Part shown: in pieces, positions 38,640 to 51,689 of the stretch
Layout of the letters: each line of letters begins with the position of its first letter
How positions within the stretch are numbered: the stretch's first letter is position 1
Source of the DNA: Octopus bimaculoides
Lineage: Eukaryota
Length of the DNA: 64,000 nt
Assembly (NCBI RefSeq): GCF_001194135.2
Contig: NC_069000.1
Span: 28,502,667-28,566,666, forward strand
Direction of reading: 5' to 3'
Translations under genes and position numbers: made by a program
The notes under the pieces: model-generated
Told to the model about the DNA's origin: nothing
The model's database searches: none
What the model saw: only the letters and a program-made list of their open reading frames with translations

Positions 38640-39032
38640 GAATAAACATGGATTCTTTATGACAACAATGTACCCTGTCACCAAGTTTTCCTTACTTGTG
38701 AATTTCTCACCAAAAACAACATGACATCACTTCCGTACCTGCCCTATTTGCCAGGTTTAGCACCTGTGGATTTCCATATCTTCCCCAAGATGAAAATGCA
38801 GCTCAAAGGTCGCTGTTTTAACACTATTGTCAAGATCAAGAGTGAATTGCAGAAGGTCCTCAATCCGTTTATGGAAAACGACTTCCAGGCCAGATTCCAA
38901 AAGTGGCAAGAATGCTGGGACTGGTGTATTACTGTGCAAAGTGACTATTCCAAAGGAGATGATGTTAAAACTGAGGAAAATAAGTTATTTTTTATTAAAC
39001 ATAACTAGTCCAGGAACTTTCTGATACCACCT
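38640..39032 (+). mobile_element. Mariner 3' fragment
   Basis: WILYDNN.PCH...PYLPGLAPVDFHIFPKMKMQLKGRCF...WQECWDWCITVQSDY, followed by a TIR-like end GGAACTTTCTGATACCACCTC-ATA. Confidence 0.8.
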
Positions 39033-42000
39033 CATATATACATATAGANNNNNNNNNNNNNNNNNNNNNNNNNNNNNNNNNNNNNNNNNNNNNNNNNNNN
39101 NNNNNNNNNNNNNNNNNNNNNNNNNNNNNNNNNNNNNNNNNNNNNNNNNNNNNNNNNNNNNNNNNNNNNNNNNNNNNNNNNNNNNNNNNNNNNNNNNNNN
39201 NNNNNNNNNNNNNNNNNNNNNNNNNNNNNNNNNNNNNNNNNNNNNNNNNNNNNNNNNNNNNNNNNNNNNNNNNNNNNNNNNNNNNNNNNNNNNNNNNNNN
39301 NNNNNNNNNNNNNNNNNNNNNNNNNNNNNNNNNNNNNNNNNNNNNNNNNNNNNNNNNNNNNNNNNNNNNNNNNNNNNNNNNNNNNNNNNNNNNNNNNNNN
39401 NNNNNNNNNNNNNNNNNNNNNNNNNNNNNNNNNNNNNNNNNNNNNNNNNNNNNNNNNNNNNNNNNNNNNNNNNNNNNNTATATATATATATATATATATA
39501 TGGTGTCACATAAAAAACACCCAGTACACTCTGTACAGTGGTTAGCATTAGGAAGGGCATCCAAATGTATAAACCATGTCAAAAATAGGTAATGGAGCCT
39601 AGTACAGCTCCTATCAAACCATCCAACCCATGTCAGTATGGAAAACAGATGTTAAATGATGATGATGATACACGTGTATACACACACACAAGTGTGTAAG
39701 TGTATCATTTTTCTGAGCTAGTATAGGTTACATGAGCGTATATTATTGAAGCATTGTTTTTTACAGTTGGCTGCTCATCTTGTCACTAACCTATACCTGC
39801 TTTCCAATTCCATATGTGATCAAAATCATGGACCTAGTGGATGATTTATCGAGAGGGAAAAAATTGACGACAATGCCACTTTTTATAGCTCAGTAGTTTT
39901 CACAGAGGATGAAATGTAAAAAACACGCATACATATATAAACATATATGAATAAGTGAATGTGTGCATGCATCATTTATCTTTTACTTGTTTCGGTCATT
40001 AGACTGCAGCCATACTGGAGCACTACCTTGAATATTTTTTACTTCAGATTTTAGTTTTTTTAAACCTGGTACTTATTCTATCTCTCTGTTTTACTGAACT
40101 GCTAAATTTCTGGGATATAAACACACTAACACCAGTTGTCAAGTGTGGTGGGGAACAAACATAGATACACATGATGGTCTTCTTTCAGTTTCTATCTACC
40201 AAATCTACTCACAAGCCTTTAGTCAGCGCAAGGCTATAGTCGAAGACACTTGCCCAAGGTGCCACGCAGTGGGACTGAACCAGGAACCATGTGGTTGGAA
40301 AGCAAGCCTCTTACTTCACATCCAGACCTGCACTTATATATATGCACATTTAATATATATACATTTAAATGTTAAATTAAGATTAATAATTTAAAACCAG
40401 TTAAAGAATTAGAGCACAGCATTTACTGCTGGGGGTGACTCAGTACTGTGGGTAGAGTAAAATTTATAGTAAAATTTGAGTTGATTTCAAATTTTTCCTA
40501 TCAGCATATCCAACTAGTTTGGTGGAATAAGCCAATTGTATAACACACACACTGTATGTATGTATGTATGCACGCACACTCATAAATAAGTAACTTACAG
40601 ACACACAAGGCCAGCAATACAACTACCAACAATCAACCAATGGGCAAGCTAGCCTCTAGCTAAGCACCCCACTTCCCAATATTCTAATATAAAATTTCTA
40701 GATTAATCTGCAAGGCAAACTACATTAATATATATATATATATATATATATANNNNNNNNNNNNNNNNNNNNNNNNNNNNNNNNNNNNNNNNNNNNNNNN
40801 NNNNNNNNNNNNNNNNNNNNNNNNNNNNNNNNNNNNNNNNNNNNNNNNNNNNNNNNNNNNNNNNNNNNNNNNNNNNNNNNNNNNNNNNNNNNNNNNNNNN
40901 NNNNNNNNNNNNNNNNNNNNNNNNNNNNNNNNNNNNNNNNNNNNNNNNNNNNNNNNNNNNNNNNNNNNNNNNNNNNNNNNNNNNNNNNNNNNNNNNNNNN
41001 NNNNNNNNNNNNNNNNNNNNNNNNNNNNNNNNNNNNNNNNNNNNTTTCCTTGGAGCTTTACATTATTCTTTGAATGGGTTTCCCTTCCTCACATATGCAC
41101 ATAAATCTCTATCATTACTCTCTCACTTGCAGGCACAAACTCACCCCCCCCCTCCACCACCACCACTGCAATCACCAACAGACTCTTCACCGCTACCACC
41201 TTCAACATCATTAACTTTCTCATTATTATCTATCTCTATAGCTCTAAAGTTAAGAAGTTCCTTTCACAAGCCATAATACAACAAGGTTCACTCCCACGGC
41301 ACAATCCCATATTGTCCTAGGCAATACAAGAGTTGAATTTGGTAGATGGAAACTGTGCAGTCTTTTTTTATCATCCAGTATCGTTCCCTATCTATTATCT
41401 TGACTTTGTTCTACAAGGATTAATAACTTCCATTTCCCTACTTGATTTTTTCAGTTATAGTACAGAACGATTGAGAAGATCTGTGGCCTATCAGGACAAT
41501 GTTCAAAAGCTGATCTACTTTTTAGAGATGAAATCTCAATGAGAGGAGACCATGACCAACAACTGTGGGTATGTCATCTTATGCAGTTGTGACAGATGAG
41601 ACTAGCCGTTGTCTAAAAGTAAGGCTACAGGAATATCGCCTGTTAGAAATAACAGCCAATTCAGAATAAACTGAATGCTAAAGGGTTAAAAAGGAAATAT
41701 ACATATTGCATCTGGAACTACACTATATTGTGTCTGAAAGATGGTTGACCATAGCTTATATGTAGTTATATGACCTGCTAGAAATTGCAACCAAATTTCC
41801 CTAAAATCCAAAATAACTAGCATTCCATTGGCTATGATGATGAGGGTTCCAGTTGCTCTGATCAATGGAACAGCCTGCTCGTGAAATTAACGTACAAGTG
41901 GCTGAGCACTCCACAGACATGTGTACTCTTAACATACTTCTCATGGAGATTCAACATCACACAAAATGTGACAAGGCTGGCCCTTTGAAATACAGGTACA

Positions 42001-42624
42001 ACTCATTTTGCCAGCTGAGTGGATGGGAGCAACATGGAATAAAGTGTCTTGCTCAAGGACACAACACACCTCTGGGAATTGAACTTAAAACCATATGATC
42101 ATGAGCCAAATACCCTAACCACTAAGCCATGTGCCTTCACTCCCTAAAGTTCACAGCCAATAAAGAAGCTGTTATATGATTACACAGCCAGCTAAAAGTA
42201 GCAGCCAAACTCTCTCAAATCACACCTTGAACAAGGACAGGAAAGACACACTGAACAATGTCCTGCATAGTCATAGCTGGAATGAATTTGGTCATTGGTT
42301 TACCCAGTTATGACCGATTTCAACAAAATACCACCACTGCTGCCACCGCCAATACTGCCACCACCACTACTATCACCACCATCACATCACTACTGCTGCT
42401 ACCACCACCACTACTGTTGCTGCTATAACACCATACTGTGTCACATGCATAACCACAACCTTATCAATCACACCACTTTTAACTAATCATACCAAACCAT
42501 ACTACTGTTCAAGTTGCTTCACAGCTGAGATATTTCACAGTGCTAAGGCATAGATTTACAAATCAAAAAAACAAAAAATAACTATAAATGTAAACAAACT
42601 AATGTTTGTTTTAGAAATGTATTG

Positions 42625-42769
42625 TAAGATACAGATAAGGTAATAATTGATTTTGAAACGCAAAAACACTGATAGAACAGTAGAAACAGGATGGATATTT
42701 TATCCTGTCTCTACTGTTCTATCAGTGTTTCTGCATTTGAAAATCAATTATTACCTTATCTGTATCTTA
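42625..42769. repeat. Near-perfect palindrome, 68-bp arms, 9-nt loop
   Basis: Arms 42625-42692 and 42702-42769, 4 mismatches. Confidence 0.9.
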
Positions 42770-42971
42770 AAAAATAACTATATATAAACACTGAAACAAG
42801 AACAAGAAGGAAGAAACTACAGGGATGAGGATGAAAGGTTGGGGAGAACATAAACACAAACATACACTCACACAATATGTGTAATAAATATGCTCGCACA
42901 TACAACAGCTACACTGGTAAAGTTATTTCTATGCAGCGTTTACCAACAGCTAATTTGTGTGCTTGTGCATT

Positions 42972-43006
<35 letters not shown>

Positions 43007-43136
43007 ATGTACTTGTGGTGATGGTGAAGATAGGGTGAGTTTACTTTTTATAGATATTTATGCAGATATACGATTGTGTGCATAAATATCTGTAAAAAGT
43101 AAATTCACCCTATCTTCACCATCACCACAAGTACAT
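43007..43136. repeat. Near-perfect palindrome, 58-bp arms, 14-nt loop
   Basis: Arms 43007-43064 and 43079-43136, 2 mismatches. Confidence 0.9.
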
Positions 43137-43363
43137 TCAAGTGTGTGCACATATATATGTATATTTGTATACACACACACACATACTGATGCATATACAT
43201 GCACACACATAAATGCATGAGTTTATGTGTATGTATGTGAGTTTTTGATGTTGATAGAAGCAATAGGAAGTAGTGGTGGTGAATGTACATGTTTCATGCA
43301 ATAACAGTGCGTCTACACACATATATGCAAACACATTTTTATGAGTGTAAGTTAGGTGCATAT

Positions 43364-43404
<41 letters not shown>

Positions 43405-43894
43405 CACCAATACTTAATCAGTTAAAAGATCTCTTATATCAGTATAACCTAATCAGGGTTGTATGGTGTCAAGCAGCTAGCTCTTTAGTGTTCTGGAGCC
43501 AATTTCAAGACAACCTTTTCCTCACTGGCATTTAGTTTGGTTATATACAAAGTGTACCCAATGACCCTAGCTAGTCCAGATGGTTGACACCTCTAACTTG
43601 CAATATCAGTATTCAAGTACTAAAAATTTTGTTTTTTCTTTGCTTGCATATAAGGGCAAATATCAGCTAAAGAATGATTTGATAATATTATTACTGAGGA
43701 TATGGAAAAAAATGCAAAGACTCATTGAAATAAGTTCTTAACTGGTACAAGGCGCAGATATAAGTATGAAGTAAAATGATTCCAGGTTCGGTTCCACTGT
43801 GTGGCACATTGGGTAAATGTCTTCTACTATAGCCTCAGGCACACCAAAGTCTTGTAAGTGGATTTGGTACATGGAAAATGAAAGAAGTCTATTG

Positions 43895-43925
<31 letters not shown>

Positions 43926-45227
43926 TTGTCCCCTGCTACGGCTTGACAACCAGTGTTGGTGTGATTACATCCCTGTAACTTAGTTGTTCAACAAAAGGGA
44001 CTAATAGAATAAGTACCAAGCTTAAAAAGAAAATAAGCACTGGGGTCTATTAGTTTGATTAAAATTTCTCATGGTGGTGCTTCAGGATGGCCGCAGTCTA
44101 ATGACTGAAACAAGTAAAAGATAAAAGATAAAAGGCCGTGAATTTATAGGGAAAGATAACTGCAGTTGCTCAAATTCCCTCCCCACATACTTAGTATATC
44201 ACTGGTATTTGTGATTTTAAGAGTACTCAGGCATAGATTAGAACTAACTTTGCAGAAATATGATTAAAGCTATAACAGACAACAATCATCTTATCTTTGT
44301 TTTCAGAAGTATCTAACACTATATCATTCAACCATGGTAGTGGTTGAATATATTCTTAAGTCCTTCATTTTGTCAATTGCAGCAGCTTCCAAGCTTCACC
44401 ACTAATTCAGTTCACAACTAAATTGCAAACTGTTAATTGTTTTAAAGAGGACACCTACTCAGCTATACTTTGGCATAAATAGTTTGAGATTTGGTTCAGT
44501 AGAAAAAAAGTTACATCAAAATATCTGTGACCTCAAGGGGGGTAGTAAGGCAGATATTCATCTTCAATTAACATAAATTTAAAAATTTTAAATTAAAAGT
44601 ATACTTTCCTTATGCTTAAATTATAGAAAAATGCATGAGAAATTCAGAATTGCTAGTTGCATTGAATAAAAATGAGTAGAAAAAGAGTTATGAAGTAAAA
44701 TGTTCTGAAATTTAATGTCATTAAGTAAGGGAATAATGCTTAAGCAATAAGAATAAAGAATATATTTCTAAAATGAATGTTTACATTCTAAGTCGGCAAG
44801 CTGGCAGAAAGATTAGTGCACTAGGCAAAATGCTTAACAGTATTTCGTCTGTCTTTACATTTTGAGTTCAAATTTTGCTGAGGTTGACTTTGACGTATAG
44901 ATTATTTAATTAATTTTTTTAAACTAAATACTTTCAAACTTCTGATGCTGGTACAATGAGTCACATAGAACAGGGTTTAGTCGTAACGTTTTTGACAAAA
45001 TTTTGTATTTTAGAAGCAGTATTTCGTCCGTCCTTATGTTCTGAATTCAAATTCCGCCGAGGTCAACTTTGACTTTCATCCATTTTGGATCTATTCAATT
45101 AGATGTACAGATTATTTAATTAATTTTTTTAAACTAAACACTTTCAAACTTCTGATACTGGTAGAATGCCACATAGAACAGGGTTTACTCTCAACGTTTT
45201 TGACAAAATTTTGTATTTTAGAAGTTA

Positions 45228-46417
45228 CTAGCAGTATAGCCCGGCTTTGCCCGGGATTAAGTTGGGATTATTAAGCTAATCAAGTTCTTTATTTCAAACC
45301 AAACTAAGTAACATGACGTCAAATTTGGGCAGAATCAGTGTTGCAACTGGAGCGCATGGGTTGAGAGTTTGATCGGCAGAGGTGATCAGGTTACACATGC
45401 CATCCCTTTGAAAACACCACCGCCATCATCTAACCCCTCTTTGCTCATGGGTTAGGAACCCGGAGAACATTATTTTTCTTTGTGGTTGAGTCGTTGATGA
45501 CCTCTTTCTAGCATATTGGATGTCCACCTAGTGGTCATCCCTTATACACGTGTAATANNNNNNNNNNNNNNNNNNNNNNNNNNNNNNNNNNNNNNNNNNN
45601 NNNNNNNNNNNNNNNNNNNNNNNNNNNNNNNNNNNNNNNNNNNNNNNNNNNNNNNNNNNNNNNNNNNNNNNNNNNNNNNNNNNNNNNNNNNNNNNNNNNN
45701 NNNNNNNNNNNNNNNNNNNNNNNNNNNNNNNNNNNNNNNNNNNNNNNNNNNNNNNNNNNNNNNNNNNNNNNNNNNNNNNNNNNNNNNNNNNNNNNNNNNN
45801 NNNNNNNNNNNNNNNNNNNNNNNNNNNNNNNNNNNNNNNNNNNNNNNNNNNNNNNNNNNNNNNNNNNNNNNNNNNNNNNNNNNNNNNNNNNNNNNNNNNN
45901 NNNNNNNNNNNNNNNNNNNNNNNNNNNNNNNNNNNNNNNNNNNNNNNNNNNNNNNNNNNNNNNNNNNNNNNNNNNNNNNNNNNNNNNNNNNNNNNNNNNN
46001 NNNNNNNNNNNNNNNNNNNNNNNNNNNNNNNNNNNNNNNNNNNNNNNNNNNNNNNNNNNNNNNNNNNNNNNNNNNNNNNNNNNNNNNNNNNNNNNNNNNN
46101 NNNNNNNNNNNNNNNNNNNNNNNNNNNNNNNNNNNNNNNNNNNNNNNNNNNNNNNNNNNNNNNNNNNNNNNNNNNNNNNNNNNNNNNNNNNNNNNNNNNN
46201 NNNNNNNNNNNNNNNNNNNNNNNNNNNNNNNNNNNNNNNNNNNNNNNNNNNNNNNNNNNNNNNNNNNNNNNNNNNNNNNNNNNNNNAAAGATAGCGTCTA
46301 TTTCTTTTTGGCAACATGTGTTTTGTGTGTAATGTTGCTGTGTGTGTGTGTGAGAAAGAAAGAAAGAAAGAAAGAGAGATAACTGGCATGTGTATGTAAG
46401 GGAGGGAGAGATAGAGA

Positions 46418-46454
<37 letters not shown>

Positions 46455-46789
46455 TTTTTTTCTGTTTGATTGCTGCTTACCACACAGACGCTGGCAAAGA
46501 AATGTATCTCCTTCACCCTCCCTCTCACAAACATACAATTTCTTTCTCTCTCTCTCTACTTCAGTGCATACGCACAGATTTGACTTCGCCATGTCAACAA
46601 ACTTCAAAATTGGTAAAAGTTTATCGATTTTTACAGGTATACGCGGGTACCTCTGAGAGAGAAAGTTCACTAAAATGCACATAGGGTCATTCCGAATCTT
46701 CTCCTAAAATTGGAGTGACATGCGTGCTAATTTGTGGACGTGCATAAACCACATTCACGTACACACACAAACATCTTCTATTTTATAGA
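45228..46789 (-). mobile_element. Non-autonomous Helitron-like element
   Basis: On the minus strand A|TCTATAAAATAG ... CCCGGGCAAAGCCGGG hairpin ... CTAG|T; no TSD; internal gap. Confidence 0.75.
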
Positions 46790-47560
46790 TATTGATTTCA
46801 TCAGAAGTTACAGAGTCACAATGGACAAATTCATGTTTGATAAGTGTCAATACACGAAACTCTCAGCTTTTGATTTACTCTCTAACTTCTGATGATGATA
46901 TATATACACACATATATGTGTAAAAAAATCTCATCATGCAATTGAACCAATGAAAGAGCCTCTACCTGGTCGCTCGACATGCTAAAAATAACAGCCAAAG
47001 TATTCCCCTACCTAAATCACACGCCTATTGTATGTAATGTCCTAGATTATCCCTAAAAAGACGGTTTGCTGAAGGCTGGAATGTCTTTGATAATAGGTTT
47101 GCCGTATCAGGATTGATTTGAGGCTAAATAACAACAAAATTATGGTAAATTTCTATATTAACACCCGCACGATTTTCACTAAGGAAAAAAAAAAAAAAAA
47201 TTGATTTTTTGCATGGGATCAAGTACCCTGACCTCCACCAATCCTGGAATCATTGGAAATTTTTTTTTTCGTTGAATGACTTCCTGTGACCTCCCAATAT
47301 TGCAATATTAGGTTACTGAAGGTGCGCCTGGTAACTGATGGTTTTGGGGTCTTGTTTGTAACTTTTGGTGAGCCTTGGTGTAACCAACAACATGGCAAAA
47401 ATCCCTGCCATTAATTTGGCAAGGATGGGTAATATCAAATAATTCAATCACAACATATATTTAAATTAAACATGAAAAAAATTGAAATATTATCATCACT
47501 TACATGGAAAAATTGAAATATTATCTTTCAGTATTTTATAAGGTAAAATCTTAAATTATT

Positions 47561-48114
47561 GGCACATTATTAATTATCTTATAACAGCAACACCTGAAAA
47601 AGTCATGGATTACATGGAAAAATGCGAGCATGAAAAGTAATATTCTTAAGATTATAAACCTGGAAAAGTACAGGACAAGTTATTACACCTGTAAAAGTAT
47701 AGGACAAGCTATTACTTCTAGTAAAGAATAAGAAACTTTTTACTTAAAATATTGCAGCTAAAATTAAAATTTGAATATTAAAACTTATTTTATCATAGTT
47801 TACAAATAACACTATACTTATTTAAGTAGAATTTGGCTAATTTACTACCTTAAATACAGAAAAAAGTGACTAATTAGACAAACTTACAAATTAGCTGAAC
47901 AGTTTTGTACAATAAATTTAGAAGATGAGAACTGTAAAGAGTGATAAATTAGAAGAACTGGCATTCTTTGCTGCAATATTTTAAGTAAAAAAGTTTCTTA
48001 TTCTTTACTTTACTAGAAGTAATAGCTTGTCCTATACTTTTACAGGTGTAATAGCTTGTCCTGTAACTATTACTTTTCATGCTCGCATTTTTCCATGTAA
48101 TTATTAAATGTGCC
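47561..48114. mobile_element. Foldback/MITE-like element with long inverted arms and internal subrepeats
   Basis: 47561-47758 is the reverse complement of 47970-48114 apart from indels; subrepeat TACAGGACAAG(C/T)TATTAC. Confidence 0.7.
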
Positions 48115-48417
48115 TTCTCTTGTAAATGGCAGAGTGTGGTTTGAGGTAATTTGGTAGCTATTTCTAACTGGTCGAGCAACCATGTAGATGCTCTTCTCTT
48201 AAGAGAGTCCTTCATTTTATTTATAGATGCTGTGGGATCTCTGGCAGAGTAACAAGGAAGCATTACATGAACCCCTTATATACATAAGTCAGCAAGCCTA
48301 GGATTACTAGTGATAGATATTGGAATAATTAAATGGAATAAGTGACTGTGGAGAGTGTATGAATTTGCTTCAAGTACTGATTTTACTGCAAGTCCAATAA
48401 TTCAAAGTTAAATACAA

Positions 48418-48486
48418 TATAAATAGATACTTATATATGTGTATGTGTTTCAATATTTGATACACATATATAAGTATCTATTTATA
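48418..48486. repeat. Perfect 27-bp palindrome with 15-nt loop
   Basis: TATAAATAGATACTTATATATGTGTAT / ATACACATATATAAGTATCTATTTATA. Confidence 0.9.
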
Positions 48487-49435
48487 ATCACCATGGTGAT
48501 TTCCTATGCTTGGGAAGACATATCAAGCTAAGTAAAACTGTGGCTGTCCATGCATACAGGCATGTCCTTTATGACCCATGCTGGTGCTACGTAAAAAGCA
48601 CTCATGCCAGTGTCACACAACAAGCACCGATGCCAGTGCCATGTAAAAGTGCTCATGCTGTGCCACATAAAAACACTTGTGCTGGCATAATGTAACAAGC
48701 ACTCATGCTAGCATCCCAAGAAAGCACCTGTGCTGGTGCCACATAAAAAGCACCCAGCACACTTTGTGAAATGGTTGGTGTTAGGAAGGACATCCAGTTA
48801 TAGAAACCATCCCAAAACAGACAAATAGAGCCAGCTCCTGTCAGACCCTCCTGCATAGGTTCAACCCATGCTTGCATGGAAAATGGATGTTAAATGATAA
48901 TGATGATGTTTGGGTTCAAGTATGAATAATTAAGAAGTTTGCTTCATAATCAAGAAGTCTCACTGCAAAGCACTTTAGTCAAGTGTCTTTTATTAAGGAA
49001 TCAAGCAAACTGGTCAGTGAAGTAAGGCAGACAGCACTGTGAGGAAAGTTGTAAGATGAAGTCACTATAACTCAGAGGATCCACTGTGCCATGCTGATTC
49101 AACCAAATTGTGTTAAGGGTACAAATATCTCTGGAATATTCAACCACTATAATTCAATGGCTAGGTAGGTATGTGTAGATTGAATAATTGAAATACTCAT
49201 TGTCAAAAGTGACGCAATATTCAAAACGTATGGTTTATATGTTTTAGCAAACTGCTGTGAAAGTAGAGAGAAATGAAATGGCTGACAGTTAGGAATGAGA
49301 GCCAGATATTATATGTTGATGGTGGTGGTATTGCTGTTGGTGATGGAAGAATGTGATATTAAACTGAATACAGGAGCAGTGTGGAAGAGAAAGGGAAATA
49401 TGAAGTAGCAGGGGTAGAGAGGAAAAGAGAGAAGG

Positions 49436-49487
<52 letters not shown>

Positions 49488-50445
49488 AATGTAGATGCCA
49501 TCTGGGCGATATGTAAATGACAACACAAAAATGCAATCATTTCTACTCCAGTCTACCCATCACTACCACTTTTGCCACTGAGAATACCATCACTACCACC
49601 CTTTTCAAACATTCCAATAAGGCTAGAAGGTCATATATAGAATGGCTAGAAAACTACTCATCAGGGTTGACCTGGGGCTAAACAACATTTTCACTCCTAT
49701 TACCCCAAATCATTACCATTAACTCTGCTACCACTCTTTTCAACAAGCCAATAAGGTTGGAAGGTCATTAGGGTTGACCTGGGGCTAAACAATATTTTCA
49801 CTCAATTACTATTAGTGCTGTTGCTGCTTCCTCTGCCATCACCACCTTTATCACTATTATCATCACCACTGCTGTTAACACCACTATTTCCACAACTAAT
49901 GTCACCACTACCATCATCACTGCTACCATTCCCACCATCATTGGCAATAACAGGCACCATTCCAATATAAACAACAAAAAGTTTACAAGGATGTGTGATG
50001 TGTAATGTGTGTAAATCAGAGATATTGGCTGAAGATAAGCAGCTGCAATGCAGGAGTATAAAGATGGTATTTGTCTGAATCTATATTTGAAAATCCCGGT
50101 TAATGATATCATCTTTCAGAAAAACTAACATCTGAATTCACAAATATTTCAGAGCAATCATGAAGCCATATGATGGTGATGATGATGGCAGTTCATTGTG
50201 GTGATGGAGAAGGTGATGCTTGCATAGATGGTAAATGTGATGATGTTGTCATTGTTTATTCAAAGATCAGCTGCAATTGAGTAGACCAATGACTAAAGGA
50301 ATTCCAATAGTGACCATCCTGTTCATTTCTATTATTCAAGGTGCCCAAGATCACATTATCCAATGTCTCCTTTTCTAAGATAGTGGAGAATGATTTGAGG
50401 GAGCATTTAGCTGTTATTTCTAGCAGGCTGAGTAATAATGTAGAG

Positions 50446-50745
50446 CAGTGGTTCTCAACTATTTTTTATCTATGGACCCCTTTAAGTATAATTTTATTTA
50501 AGTGAACCCCCATAACCATTCGATGTTTAAAAACTAATTTCATAGATACTTTTTTCAAAATTCATATTTTGTGGAGATTGAACAATGTAAAATGTTAAGA
50601 GAAAGAGGCCTAGCTGTTTCTTGCATTACATACATTTACATCAAAACTTTTCATGGACCTTTAAAATACTACTATGGATTCCGAATTTACTATTTTGCTA
50701 GTATGGACCCCCAGGGATCATATGGACCTAGGTTGAGAACCATTG
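50446..50745. mobile_element. hAT-type MITE nested in a SINE-like repeat
   Basis: TIR CAGTGGTTCTCAAC / GTTGAGAACCATTG; 8-bp TSD ATGTAGAG at 50438-50445 and 50746-50753. The host repeat (~50225-50762) also occurs at ~845-1085, 1755-1920, 12080-12255, 46960-47140 and 58315-58545. Confidence 0.9.
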
Positions 50746-51291
50746 ATGTAGAGGCTCCCTCAACAGAAGTGGAGGTGGCAATGGTGTTGGTAAATGTGGA
50801 AGAGTTAATGATCATGGTCATGTTGGAGTGAAACTTAGGGGACACAGATTTTCATAGTGCTATAATTGTGTCAACAGTATTAATCAACACCGTTGACTGA
50901 AGATAACTGAAACCATCATCTTTTATTTTTTATCTTTTACTTATTTCAGTAACTTGACTGTGGACATGCCGTGTCATGGCATTGAAGAATTTTTAGTAGA
51001 AGGAATTGATCTCAGTACTTATTCGACTTTACTGAACCTCTAAGTTACAGGGATGCAAACACATGCGCACCAGTTGTCAAGTGGTAGTGGGAGACAGACG
51101 CAGAGACACAAACACATATACGATGGACTTCTTTCAGTTTCTAACAAATCCACTCACAAGGCTTTAGTTGACCCAAGACTATAGAAGACAGTTGCCCAAA
51201 ATGCCATGCAGTGGGAGTGAACTCAGAACCATGTGGTTGAGAAGCAAGCTTCTTACCATACAGCTACATCAGTGCTTATAAAAAGGGCATT

Positions 51292-51365
51292 TACCCAATG
51301 TAGGGCTTGAGCCCACAACCCTGAGATTAAGAGTCTCATGCTCTACCAACTGAGCTAGCCTGGGC
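51292..51365 (-). pseudogene. tRNA-Lys(CTT) pseudogene
   Basis: GCCCAGGCTAGCTCAGTTGGTAGAGCATGAGACTCTTAATCTCAGGGTTGTGGGCTCAAGCCCTACATTGGGTA. It differs from the conserved metazoan tRNA-Lys-CTT mainly by CpG-type transitions, has a damaged B box and a 1-nt acceptor-stem insertion. Confidence 0.8.
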
Positions 51366-51689
51366 TCCAAGTCATGTGGCTTTGGATTCAATCCCACAGT
51401 GCCACATTTTCAACAAGTGACTCTTACTATAATCCCAAATCCTGTGAATGGTTTTGGTGGATGGCAACTGAAAGGAACCTGTCACAACATGCATATATAT
51501 GTATATGTGGGTGTTTGTGTCTCTTTGCCTTGACATTGTGAAGTAGTTGTCATATAAGCAGTACCATTCATTTGAGATCTTCTGTGGAAACAGGTGAGGG
51601 TTAGGAATAGTAAGAGCATCCAACCACTGAAAATTTGCCTTAATGAATTTCATTTGACTGATGCAAATGTGGAAGGATGATGATGATGA

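Noticed and set aside
41461-41568. Plus-strand open 108-nt AG/GT candidate exon (YRTIEKICGLSGQC...)
   Set aside because: A single short frame with no recognisable homology or partner exons; compatible with chance.
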